Origin: a virus
Virus record (IMG/VR): IMGVR_UViG_3300042321_002027
Reading direction: 5' to 3' (one strand)
Length of the DNA: 64,000 nucleotides
The number at the start of each line of letters is the position of its first letter. The stretch's first letter is position 1. Position numbers and translations under genes: made by a program. Positions 54,241 to 63,806 of the stretch are shown piece by piece. Under the pieces are notes generated by a model, which did not search any database, had not been told where the DNA came from, and saw nothing but the letters and a program-made list of their open reading frames with translations.

Positions 54241-57200
54241 ATGGCAGAAAAAGATTTCGTCGTAAAAAACGGCTTAATAGTAAACACCAGCTTGATTTTC
54301 GCTAACGGCGATATAGCTCGTGTAGGTATTAACAACACATCACCAGATGCATCATTAACAGTTACAGGAACAGCCAATGTTTCTGGCAACGTTATTTTGG
54401 GTGCAAACTTAACTGTTGTCAACACAGTTATTCCCTCTAATATTTTACTGGGCAACGCCTCAGTAAATGCCACACAAAACAGTTCCCTATTACAAATAGC
54501 AAACTCTACAGCAACAGCTAATTTAACTGCAGCTGACTTGAAAATCGGCACAACAACAGTTAACACAACTGCAGTTTCTGTCGGCGTTTCTCAGTTATCT
54601 AGCGTTAGAATATCAGTTGGTAATTCTACTGCCAATGCGTTTATGGGAAATAATGGCGTTAATACGGTATTACTAACTGTCGCCAATTCAACAATCGAAG
54701 TTGACATTACACCCGCTAGTATTACCATTGGTAATTCAGTTGCCAATTCAACTGTAAATTCTACTGCTTTTAATGGTACATCGAATAATTCAACTAATTT
54801 TGCCGGAGAGCCAGCCTCTTATTACGCGAATGCAGAAAACTTAACAAGCGGCACATTACTCAATGCTCGTTTGTCTGCTCAAGTCGTAAACACTTCTGGA
54901 TCATTCACACTTTCTGGTAATACTACTCTTGCTGGCACAAATACAACTATTTCTAGTAACGTTAATATTACTGGGTCTTTCTTAAACGTAGCTTCAGCTT
55001 TTGTTACAAATTCTACTGGCGCTTACCATACAGGAACTATAAACGCTGCTTCACACACTGTTGGGGCAAACATTGTAGCTAATAGTACAGGTATTACATT
55101 TGTTGGAAACACTACAAAACCAACCATTGCGATTTCTAATAGTGGTTCTATTGCTATTGGTAACAGCACTACAAATACCACAGCAATTTCTATATTATTA
55201 GCCAACGATTCTACAAGCGCAAGCATATCACCTGCTGGGTTTACTGGTAATGGATTTAACTTAACTGTAGCTGCCGCTAATATTACCAGCGGAACAATTG
55301 CCTCAGCTAGAATTTCGGGCGCATACACTGGTATAACTTCTGTTGGAACATTATCTACTCTAACATCAGGTAATGTCTCTTTAGGTTCTTCTTTACTACA
55401 AGTAAATTCTTCTGCTGGTAACATTAATACCGTTTCTATCGGAACTGCTAATGTCAACGTTGATTCCGGTGTTCTGTTTGTAGATAGTATTAATAACAGA
55501 GTTGGTATCAATAATACTGGACCAGATGCTGCGTTAACAGTAACAGGATCTGCTAACGTCTCTGGTGACTTGAGAGTTCAAGGTAACTTCTTTATCACAG
55601 GTACAACTACACAAACTGGTACAACAGAATATACTGGTTCTTTAACTCCTACTGCAAATGATATAAATCTTGGTAATGCGTCACAACTTTGGATCTTGTA
55701 CGCCAACACTGGTTATTTTAACAGTAACGTTAATTTTGGGGCTAATCTATTAATTAATTCTGCTGCAGTAGTATGGACTGGCAACTCAACTACTTCGCCA
55801 ACAATAACAATCGCAAATAGCGGTAATGTTACCATTGGTAGCAGTACAACAACTCAAACTCTTGCCCGTTTGAATATCAGTAATACAGCTGGTAGTGTTA
55901 ATATTACTACTGTTAACGTTTCTGTATCTAATTCTACCACAAGTGCAAATATCACAGCTGCTGGTTTTTTCGGAAATGGCTCTGCTTTAACTTCACTGAA
56001 TGCTGATAACTTGACAACAGGAACTCTCGCATACGCTAGAATTCCTGCTAATATTGTCAATACAACTGGCAGCTTTACATTATCAGGAAACACTATTCTT
56101 GGTGGTACAGGAACTGCACTGTCAAGTAACATAATTCTTGGCGGTGCTTCTGTACTCATATCTTCAGAAGCTTCAAATATTAATGTTGTTGCAAACACAA
56201 CAGGTTTCAATAGTACTACTAATACTATATCTGTTTCTAACGCAAATATTAGAATGCAATTGAATGATAGAGTTTATTACGCGGTGCCTTCTGGTAATAC
56301 GCCTATTGCTCCATTATCAGGCAACACTTATTACTTCGTTTCGTTTGTTAACAGCTCTGCAGTTGCGTTTTCTACGACAGCTGGCGGCGCTAACATTGAT
56401 ATATCCGATTCACGTACTACAAATCCTGGCGAATCGCATAATATAAAGTTTGATACTTCTGTTGTTTATAATTCAGCATCAACAACCTCTGTATTCTCAG
56501 TAAATGCTAGCACTCTAAGTCATTCAGGAAGAATAAACGCTGCTTCACACACCGTTGGCGCTAATATTGTTGCTAACAGCACAGGCATTGTTTTTGTAGG
56601 CAATTCAACTACTTCACCAACAATAACTCTAGCTAACACTGGCTCGTTTACTATCGGTAGTGGTACCACTACACAAACCACTGCGTTGATTTCTCTAGCA
56701 AACTCTGTCGGTAGTGCAAATATCACAGCTGCTGGTTTCTTCGGTAATGGTGCTTCTCTTACATCGTTAAACGCTGATAATATTACTAGCGGAACATTGG
56801 CATACGCTAGAATTCCTGCTAACATCGTAAACACTAGTAGCAGCTTCACGTTATCTAGTGCTACATTAGGTGGTGCGAATACAACTGTTTCCAGCAATCT
56901 TAACGTTACTGGAACATTCCTAAACGTTGCTTCTGCTTTTGTAGTTAACTCTATTGGTGCATACCATACTGGTTTAATTAATGCCGCTTCACACAATTCT
57001 GGCGCAATAGGTACTGGTACTGGTGGAACAGTACAAAACACTACTACTATGTTCCTTGGTAACAATACGATAAACACAGTAATTACTTCTGCGGGTTTAA
57101 ATGTTAATGCTGTTACAGTAGCAAATAGCTCTGGTGTGTATACAACAACTGTTAATGCCGCAAGTCATACTGTTGGAGCAAACATTGTTGCCAACAGCAC

Positions 57201-58344
57201 AGGTATTACATTTGTTGGAAATACTACAAAACCAACTATTGCGATTTCTAATAGTGGTTCCATAACTATCGGCAGTGGTAGTACTAATACTACAGCAATT
57301 TCTATATCATTAGCTAACGATTCTACAAGCGCAAGTATAACACCTGCAGGATTTACTGGTAATGGTGCAAGCTTAACTTCACTAAATGCTACAAATATTA
57401 CTAGCGGAACTTTAGATTATGCTAGAATTCCTGCTAATATCGTAAACACCACAGCGGCGTTTACAAGAACTGGTATAACTACTTTCTCTGCTAATATCGT
57501 TCTTGGATCATCGGGCGTTTCTGCTAATGGCGGATTTGGTACAGCTGGACAAGTACTACACTCAAATGGCACTGCAACATACTGGGCAGCAGATGATAAC
57601 TCAGGCGGTACAGTAACTTCTGTTGCTTCCGGAAATGGTATTACGGGTGGTACTATCACATCTTCGGGTACGCTTTTTGTAGTTCAAGGAACAGGTATTG
57701 TTGTAAACGCCACAGGCGTACACGTTAACTCTACGTATATCGGAACGTTAACAGCAAACAATTCTAACAATTTGAATGGCCAAGCCGCCTCGTTTTACGC
57801 TAATGCTGAAAACTTAACTACTGGCGTGTTGCCAACAGCTAGATTGTCCGGAGCATATACAGGCATAAATCAAGTTGGCACTCTTTCGTTCTTTAGTGCT
57901 ACAGGAAATGCTAACTTTGATTCTGGTGCATTGTTTGTAGACGGACTAAACAACAGAGTAGGAATTAATAATACTTCTCCTTCTGTTTCGTTGCAAATAA
58001 CAGCAACAGATGCTATTTTTGTACCAATTGGTACTACTGCGCAAAGACCTAGTGGCGCAAACGGTATGTTGCGTTTCAATACAGACAGTAGTACTTTCGA
58101 AGGGTTCTCTAACAGTGCTTGGGGTAACATTGTAAGCACTAGCTCCGGTGGTTATTACAAGGGCAATAACGGCGCAATTGGTGCAACCGATAGCAGAAAT
58201 AATTTATATAGAATAAATTCTAATACACAAAGTAATAATATAACAATTATTGCAGGTGAAAATGCACTTACAGTAGGTCCAATGACCATTGCAGATGGAT
58301 TTAACTTAACAATTGATACAGGTGGAAGGGCAGTGATAGTCTAA
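54241..58344 (+). CDS. Long tail fibre protein (1367 aa) with internal repeats
   Basis: DFVVKNGL start; repeated NAASHTVGANIVANSTGI and SLNADN.T.GTL.YARIPAN; GTTAQRP..GM.RFN motif. Confidence 0.8.
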   Translation: MAEKDFVVKNGLIVNTSLIFANGDIARVGINNTSPDASLTVTGTANVSGNVILGANLTVVNTVIPSNILLGNASVNATQNSSLLQIANSTATANLTAADLKIGTTTVNTTAVSVGVSQLSSVRISVGNSTANAFMGNNGVNTVLLTVANSTIEVDITPASITIGNSVANSTVNSTAFNGTSNNSTNFAGEPASYYANAENLTSGTLLNARLSAQVVNTSGSFTLSGNTTLAGTNTTISSNVNITGSFLNVASAFVTNSTGAYHTGTINAASHTVGANIVANSTGITFVGNTTKPTIAISNSGSIAIGNSTTNTTAISILLANDSTSASISPAGFTGNGFNLTVAAANITSGTIASARISGAYTGITSVGTLSTLTSGNVSLGSSLLQVNSSAGNINTVSIGTANVNVDSGVLFVDSINNRVGINNTGPDAALTVTGSANVSGDLRVQGNFFITGTTTQTGTTEYTGSLTPTANDINLGNASQLWILYANTGYFNSNVNFGANLLINSAAVVWTGNSTTSPTITIANSGNVTIGSSTTTQTLARLNISNTAGSVNITTVNVSVSNSTTSANITAAGFFGNGSALTSLNADNLTTGTLAYARIPANIVNTTGSFTLSGNTILGGTGTALSSNIILGGASVLISSEASNINVVANTTGFNSTTNTISVSNANIRMQLNDRVYYAVPSGNTPIAPLSGNTYYFVSFVNSSAVAFSTTAGGANIDISDSRTTNPGESHNIKFDTSVVYNSASTTSVFSVNASTLSHSGRINAASHTVGANIVANSTGIVFVGNSTTSPTITLANTGSFTIGSGTTTQTTALISLANSVGSANITAAGFFGNGASLTSLNADNITSGTLAYARIPANIVNTSSSFTLSSATLGGANTTVSSNLNVTGTFLNVASAFVVNSIGAYHTGLINAASHNSGAIGTGTGGTVQNTTTMFLGNNTINTVITSAGLNVNAVTVANSSGVYTTTVNAASHTVGANIVANSTGITFVGNTTKPTIAISNSGSITIGSGSTNTTAISISLANDSTSASITPAGFTGNGASLTSLNATNITSGTLDYARIPANIVNTTAAFTRTGITTFSANIVLGSSGVSANGGFGTAGQVLHSNGTATYWAADDNSGGTVTSVASGNGITGGTITSSGTLFVVQGTGIVVNATGVHVNSTYIGTLTANNSNNLNGQAASFYANAENLTTGVLPTARLSGAYTGINQVGTLSFFSATGNANFDSGALFVDGLNNRVGINNTSPSVSLQITATDAIFVPIGTTAQRPSGANGMLRFNTDSSTFEGFSNSAWGNIVSTSSGGYYKGNNGAIGATDSRNNLYRINSNTQSNNITIIAGENALTVGPMTIADGFNLTIDTGGRAVIV

Positions 58345-58841
58345 TGTCAAGCTTAACAACAACTACAGTAAACACCAAAGATGGTGTAACAAATTTAACT
58401 ATGCAAACAGGCAATTCTGCAGCTGCTAGAATTGTTTTAGGATCTGCTGGTGGCATAACTCTAGGCGCAAATTCTTCAGCAAATGTTATAGTTGCCAACT
58501 CTACCCTGATTAACGTTTCAGCAAATGCCAATATGCTTACTGTTAATGCTTCGGCTTTAAACTTATCAGGCGCGAGTATCACTACTAGTGGATATAGCAG
58601 ACTACCAAATGGATTACTTTTACAGTGGGGATCAGTTGTAGCAAACTCTACTTCAGGAACAATAACATTCCCAATTACATTTGCTGCTACGCCATATTCA
58701 GTGCAAATCACACCGCAATCGACTGGTGGCACTAACACTGCAGTAGGTCATGCGGTAACTGCAACAACAACCACTACTGCAACGGTCAGAACCACTAATG
58801 CAGTATCATTCACATATTATTATATGGCTCTAGGAGTTTAA
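58344..58841 (+). CDS. Fibre distal subunit
   Basis: GYSRLPNGLLLQWG...TITFPITF...YYMALG domain. Confidence 0.7.
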   Translation: MSSLTTTTVNTKDGVTNLTMQTGNSAAARIVLGSAGGITLGANSSANVIVANSTLINVSANANMLTVNASALNLSGASITTSGYSRLPNGLLLQWGSVVANSTSGTITFPITFAATPYSVQITPQSTGGTNTAVGHAVTATTTTTATVRTTNAVSFTYYYMALGV

Positions 58842-58844
58842 TTA

Positions 58845-59393
58845 ATGTCAACATTACAGGTCGCAAACATACATCTTGAGTCTACAGCCAATAACAGAAT
58901 ACAGCATATGGGCTCAAACACTATTACTCTATTTACTGGAGGTTTAGCCGCCTTTACTGCTAATGACACTACCACATTGGTAAGATTAGGTGGAGCAAAT
59001 GCTTACATTACTAACTCAACTGGTAATTTTTTCGGAAGTAACACTCTCATTGGTCCAGGATCTGTAAGCACTGGTTATAGATTGTATGTTAATGGAACTA
59101 TCTACGCAACAGGCGATATTACCGCTCTTTCGGATATTTCTGTTAAGGACAATATCATGACAATAACAAACGCTCTTGATACTGTAGGTAATCTAAGAGG
59201 TGTTTCTTATACAGTTAAGGAAACTGGCGAAGGAAAAATAGGTCTTATTGCTCAGGAAGTTAAGAAAGTGTTGCCTGAAGTTGTTGTAGAAAACTCAGAC
59301 AATATTGGTATTGCTTATCAAAACATAGTAGCTGTTCTGATCGAAGCTGTAAAAGAGTTGAAAAAGAAAGTTGAAAATTTGGAGTCTAAGTAA
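58845..59393 (+). CDS. Fibre tip subunit with peptidase S74 intramolecular chaperone
   Basis: GDITALSD...KDNI..I.NAL..V..L.GV...GLIAQEV..VLPEVV...LIEAVKEL. Confidence 0.85.
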   Translation: MSTLQVANIHLESTANNRIQHMGSNTITLFTGGLAAFTANDTTTLVRLGGANAYITNSTGNFFGSNTLIGPGSVSTGYRLYVNGTIYATGDITALSDISVKDNIMTITNALDTVGNLRGVSYTVKETGEGKIGLIAQEVKKVLPEVVVENSDNIGIAYQNIVAVLIEAVKELKKKVENLESK

Positions 59394-59396
59394 ATT

Positions 59397-60581
59397 ATGG
59401 TAGCGACAACTAATGTTTCTTTTGCTGCTATTTCTTTGGAGTTAGATGGAACTCCAGGAACAGCATTTAGTATGAGTAATGCTTTTATGAGGTCTACTCT
59501 TAGCACTGGACCTTCGACTCCAGGTACAGCCATTAGCATAACTGATGTTGCTGGTGCATTTTATAAAACGTTTACCATTAGCACAAACACAGCCAATTAT
59601 AACATATATGACGCAATTGCTGCAGCTGGATGGACTGGTATTAAAAGAGCAACAGCAAACGTAACTCTTGTTTCTCCTTCACCAACTACTGCTGTCCAAA
59701 CTGTGTTATATTCAACATCAACTGCTAACGCTGCTTTAGAATCTGGATCGTTTCCTGGTTCCGCGCCTGCAAATGTCAGAATAGTTACTGGTGTAAACAC
59801 ATTTATTGTAGGAATGGGTGGTGCAGGTGGTGCAGGTGGGACTGCTTCTGCTCCTACTCCACCATCAGGAACAAATTACGCTACTGATCCTGGTGATCCT
59901 GGATCGCCCGGAGGCCATGCAATACGACTAACTTCTGCAGCAACATATACTATCGTAAACTCCGGTACTATTGGCGGTGGTGGTGGTGGTGGAGGTGGAG
60001 GTGGAGATTGGGATTCTTCGTCAGCACTACCGGACCCTTCTCCTTGTTTAGCTGCTGATAGCCAAATATTAATGTATGATGGCACCACAAAAAATATTTG
60101 TGATATAGTTTCTGGAGATAAATTAAAAACGCTTACAGGCGAAATAGGTACTGTGCTTTATTTAAATCCAACTACGTTAAAACGACACAGAAAAATTGTT
60201 CGTTTAAAAATTAATGAAAATGCAAAACCATTAAGAATTACTGACGATCATGAGTTGTGGATTAAAGACGAAACAGGCGAACGTTTTGGTGTTTACAATT
60301 ATAATAGCTGGTTACAAGACGAAATTACTACACCATCGTATAAATCTGGCGACCCGATATACGATATGAAAATTTTATCTCCTTTAGGTGTTCATAATTT
60401 TGCTACTGTAGATGGATGGTCAGAAACTAGCTGCGAATGGGAAATAAACTCTGATCCAGAAGAACCTGTTTATTGCATTATGTTAGACAAAGGAGTAGGT
60501 TTTATAGCGGATGGGTTTGTTGTCGCTAATGATGACTGGTATGATGAAGAATTGATCGGAGTTTCTTGGAAAGGCGTATGA
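59397..60581 (+). CDS. gp38-type glycine-rich adhesin, N-terminal part, fused to a C-terminal Hint domain
   Basis: IVGMGGAGGAGG...GGHAI...IVNSGTIGGGGGGGGGGG, then a Hint domain: CLAADSQILMYDG..KNI.DI..GD, ITDDH, PVY.I...FIADGFVVAN. Confidence 0.75.
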   Translation: MVATTNVSFAAISLELDGTPGTAFSMSNAFMRSTLSTGPSTPGTAISITDVAGAFYKTFTISTNTANYNIYDAIAAAGWTGIKRATANVTLVSPSPTTAVQTVLYSTSTANAALESGSFPGSAPANVRIVTGVNTFIVGMGGAGGAGGTASAPTPPSGTNYATDPGDPGSPGGHAIRLTSAATYTIVNSGTIGGGGGGGGGGGDWDSSSALPDPSPCLAADSQILMYDGTTKNICDIVSGDKLKTLTGEIGTVLYLNPTTLKRHRKIVRLKINENAKPLRITDDHELWIKDETGERFGVYNYNSWLQDEITTPSYKSGDPIYDMKILSPLGVHNFATVDGWSETSCEWEINSDPEEPVYCIMLDKGVGFIADGFVVANDDWYDEELIGVSWKGV

Positions 60582-61228
60582 ATTGTATTTTCGCTATGGG
60601 GTTGTACAGATCGGGAACTAATTTTTTACAACAGCTTCTTGACAAAAACTTTAAGTATAACTCTACAGTAATTGAAAAATATACTATAGAAGGTAAATTA
60701 TACAAGCATTGTTTACACGATAGTTGGTATAACAAGATGCCAAACGATGTTGTTCCGGTAATCATATATAAAGATCCATTTAAATGGATTGATAGTTTAT
60801 ACCGAAAGTCTTATGATTTAGAATTGTTTTATGACGTACATTATGAAACAGGGCATACAGAGATATATTTACCGTTTGAAGACCCTGATAATGAAGGGTA
60901 TGTTGCAGAAGTTCGTTGCAGCGTAGAAAAACTTTGTAGACTGTACAATAGGTATTTTACATATTGGTCGAATAAAAATGTTGAAATGATTTCACATAAA
61001 AAAATAATTTGTGAAACTGAAAATTGTTTATCTTATTTTCAAAATAAATATTCCTTACAAAGGATAAATGAAAATTTTACCATGTTGAAAGTTGATGAAG
61101 TAGATGGATCAAGACCTTTTACTCAACAGGTAAAATTGTACTATGATACTAATGAAATTGAAAATTTAAACGATGTTCAAATTAAAACAATAAAATCAAC
61201 TATTGATGTAATATTAAAGGAGTTTTAA
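60578..61228 (+). CDS. Sulfotransferase-like P-loop protein
   Basis: MGLYRSGTNFLQQLL (PSB-loop-like) and IYKDPFKWIDS; ATGA overlap with the upstream gene. Confidence 0.6.
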   Translation: MNCIFAMGLYRSGTNFLQQLLDKNFKYNSTVIEKYTIEGKLYKHCLHDSWYNKMPNDVVPVIIYKDPFKWIDSLYRKSYDLELFYDVHYETGHTEIYLPFEDPDNEGYVAEVRCSVEKLCRLYNRYFTYWSNKNVEMISHKKIICETENCLSYFQNKYSLQRINENFTMLKVDEVDGSRPFTQQVKLYYDTNEIENLNDVQIKTIKSTIDVILKEF

Positions 61229-61229
61229 A

Positions 61230-61544
61230 ATGGCCGGAGGAGGCGGAGGTGGAGGCAGAGGAGGATTAACCAATTCTGCAGGAGGACCTGGGGCGTCTCC
61301 AGCAGCAGGTGCTGGAACATTTGCAGGCGCTGGCACTGGATCACCGCAGCCTGGAGTTCCAGGTAATGGTGGAAATGGAGGAAATTGGGGTGCAAATGGA
61401 AGCAGCGGAACCGCAACCAGTCCTCCAGGACCAGCACCAGCTGCTACAGGTCCTGGAGGATCTGGTGGAACTTCTGGTAATGCAATTTCAAATTCCGCAG
61501 GTATAACTTTTACATATTCTGGGGCAGGTAGTAGGTTCGCATAA
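61230..61544 (+). CDS. gp38-type glycine-rich adhesin, C-terminal part
   Basis: MAGGGGGGGRGG...GNGGNGGNWGANG...GGSGGTSGNAI...TF...G.RF; AAGGAG SD. Confidence 0.7.
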   Translation: MAGGGGGGGRGGLTNSAGGPGASPAAGAGTFAGAGTGSPQPGVPGNGGNGGNWGANGSSGTATSPPGPAPAATGPGGSGGTSGNAISNSAGITFTYSGAGSRFA

Positions 61545-62549
61545 ATGTTTGACAGAGAATGGGCGTTTAAAAATGGTGATGATATTTCACCAAGAAAGTT
61601 ACCATATTTTTATACAGATCCTGTAACTAATACAGTTATAGAAATGACAAATTGTAACTATGATACTAAAAAAAACCTTGGTTGGTATCAAATTGAATTT
61701 AAAAATAATTACGAAAATAGACCTAACACTCATTGGGAAAGCGTTGGAACATTATACTATAACAAATTAAATGACTCTGTAGAATGCCATTCTTTTGTCT
61801 TGAAAGATGGTTGGAGAAATATATTATATCAAGAAATTGAAACATTAATACTAAGTTATCTAGGCGAGCCAACAGAAAAAATTACGAATTTACTATCAAA
61901 AATAAATTTGTATTTTATGAATGAGAAATATGACAATTACCAGCTAGTAGAATATTATAAGATATTTAAAAATTCTGCTTATGACATAGCCATATTCGTT
62001 GATAATGTTAACGAATATGAAATAGATGGTATTACTGCTTTTGAATTATTGTTTTATGCAGAACCTAATTTTAGACAACAACCTATATTGATGAATTACA
62101 TTAAGCAAAATTTAAACGATTTTGCTGGTAAAAACATAATTTCTTTAGGTTTAACTTCTAGTTTAACAGCTGCATATTTTAATAAAAATAATTTTAGTAG
62201 TAAAGCTCTAGATAACATTTTCTACCATTCAACGAAATTTAAAAAGTTTCATGTCAATTTAAATTGCGTTTTAACAGCAATAAACAACGATTTGTATTTT
62301 GATGTGCTAACAAAGGATAATTTTGACGATATTGACGGGGATGTTTTCATATTCGCTAATCCATTTTACGATACAGAATCTGCAGCCATCAATTTACAGT
62401 ACATGCAAACATTAAAACAAAAAGGCAAAAGAACTATTATTCTTTCGCCTTCATTGTGGAACGGAAATAATGAATTTATTACGTTTCCTAAAGAAAATTT
62501 ACAAGAGCTTTATACAGAAAATGGAATTACTTTATTTACTCTCAAGTAA
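61545..62549 (+). CDS. Hypothetical protein with a possible C-terminal SAM-methyltransferase-like fold
   Basis: FAGKNIISLG...DVFIFANPFYD weakly resembles class I MTase motifs. Confidence 0.45.
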   Translation: MFDREWAFKNGDDISPRKLPYFYTDPVTNTVIEMTNCNYDTKKNLGWYQIEFKNNYENRPNTHWESVGTLYYNKLNDSVECHSFVLKDGWRNILYQEIETLILSYLGEPTEKITNLLSKINLYFMNEKYDNYQLVEYYKIFKNSAYDIAIFVDNVNEYEIDGITAFELLFYAEPNFRQQPILMNYIKQNLNDFAGKNIISLGLTSSLTAAYFNKNNFSSKALDNIFYHSTKFKKFHVNLNCVLTAINNDLYFDVLTKDNFDDIDGDVFIFANPFYDTESAAINLQYMQTLKQKGKRTIILSPSLWNGNNEFITFPKENLQELYTENGITLFTLK

Positions 62550-63747
62550 AATGTGGTCCGTGAATCCAACCAACTAAAGATTTTCTGACACCTTTTGTAA
62601 CAGGGGTTACTTCGTGTTCTGTATAGGCGGGAAAAAACGCAATTAATCCTTTTTTCTTAGGCATGGCTTCTGCACCTCTACTAGACCAAATTAATAGATC
62701 TCCGCCTTCATATTCGCTAGGATCAGAGAGAAGCAAGCTGAAAGAAAGCTTTCTTGTTTTGTGTATCACTCCGTCCGTATGTTTGGTGTATTTGCCAGGA
62801 GTTTTATCATCAGCATGATATTCAATATATGTCAAGTGTTCTATTTTATCTAAATTAAATTTGTAGTTTTCTAAATTTTGTTTTGCGACTTCTTTTTCAA
62901 TTAACTTATATAACCATTCGAAATTTTTAGGATCGATACCAGCAACATATGCGTTTCTTATGTCTTTGTTTATTGATTCCCCTTTGCCGCCGTAACCTAT
63001 GGTAGCTTGTTCTAGTTCATTTTTACCACCTTCGACAATTAAATCAATTAAACCGCTAGACAAAAATTTTTCTTCGTAAACCCAAAGATGTTTTTCTTCT
63101 TGTTTATTACCAAAATACCAAAATCTATCGTCATATTCTTTTCTTGGTTTTTGAGCTTGTAAAATTGGTTCTTGTTTTGTTGTTTTTAAAGATTTTCTTC
63201 CATCATACTCTAAATCTTTATACTTACCATTAGCATCAACATAATGTAAGAAAACCTGGCACTGCCAATTTCCTTCCTTGTATGGTTGTCTCCAATGATT
63301 GATTTCCATACCTCTATAGATAAGAGCATCACCCAATTCGACTCTATATTCTCTAGGATTATCCTTTGAATCAGTAGATTCTGACAGCCATATTGGCCAT
63401 AAGTTACCATCGAATCCTAGCGTAATCGTTGCGCTAATTTCGCATTCTCTTCTGTCGGTGTGAGGTTTTAATTTTTCTCCAGGCTTATAAAAACGAGCGT
63501 AAGAGTAAGTAGGATTTAACTTCAACCCTGTTGATTCTTCCATTGCTGGCTTTAAATCTTCTAACAAAGTGTCAAACACCGAATCCCCATAAATAGAGGG
63601 CGATAAAGGACACTGATGGTCTCCTTCTTTTAAATCTTTTGATATTTTGATAAGATGTTCAGATAACATTGAACAAGTTTTATCATCAAGAATTTTGGTG
63701 ATATGGACATACTTGTTGTTTTTGAAGTATTCTTGTGGCGTGCTCAT
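62542..63747 (-). CDS. Tandem two-domain 2OG-Fe(II) oxygenase
   Basis: Domain 1: PTYSYAR.Y...LKPHTDR...H.R...QVFLHY. Domain 2: KHTD...RKLSFS..L....YEGG...FP...HEVTPVTKG.RKSLVGW. Confidence 0.88.
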   Translation of the reverse strand: MSTPQEYFKNNKYVHITKILDDKTCSMLSEHLIKISKDLKEGDHQCPLSPSIYGDSVFDTLLEDLKPAMEESTGLKLNPTYSYARFYKPGEKLKPHTDRRECEISATITLGFDGNLWPIWLSESTDSKDNPREYRVELGDALIYRGMEINHWRQPYKEGNWQCQVFLHYVDANGKYKDLEYDGRKSLKTTKQEPILQAQKPRKEYDDRFWYFGNKQEEKHLWVYEEKFLSSGLIDLIVEGGKNELEQATIGYGGKGESINKDIRNAYVAGIDPKNFEWLYKLIEKEVAKQNLENYKFNLDKIEHLTYIEYHADDKTPGKYTKHTDGVIHKTRKLSFSLLLSDPSEYEGGDLLIWSSRGAEAMPKKKGLIAFFPAYTEHEVTPVTKGVRKSLVGWIHGPHFT

Positions 63748-63764
63748 CTCGCTCTCCTATGATA

Positions 63765-63772
63765 TATAAATA
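63765..63772 (+). promoter_or_regulatory. T4-type late promoter TATAAATA
   Basis: Exact consensus upstream of the ORF at 63807. Confidence 0.65.
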
Positions 63773-63806
63773 TTAAAAACTAATTTGAGTTTCCGAAAGG
63801 TGTTTT

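Noticed and set aside
50539-58344. Diversity-generating retroelement TR/VR pair
   Set aside because: The repeat copies are all in coding frame and differ mostly at synonymous sites, not specifically at adenines; no reverse transcriptase is in the window.
42013-60088. Many minus-strand ORFs in the fibre region, including a poly-Pro ORF at 59876-60088
   Set aside because: Shadows of Gly/Thr/Asn-rich sense genes (GGT/GGA runs read as Pro).
60045-60530. Canonical self-splicing intein
   Set aside because: It ends Ala-Asn-Asp (no penultimate His, no C/S/T at +1), has only a 16-aa downstream tail and has no endonuclease domain. Treated as a non-splicing Hint.
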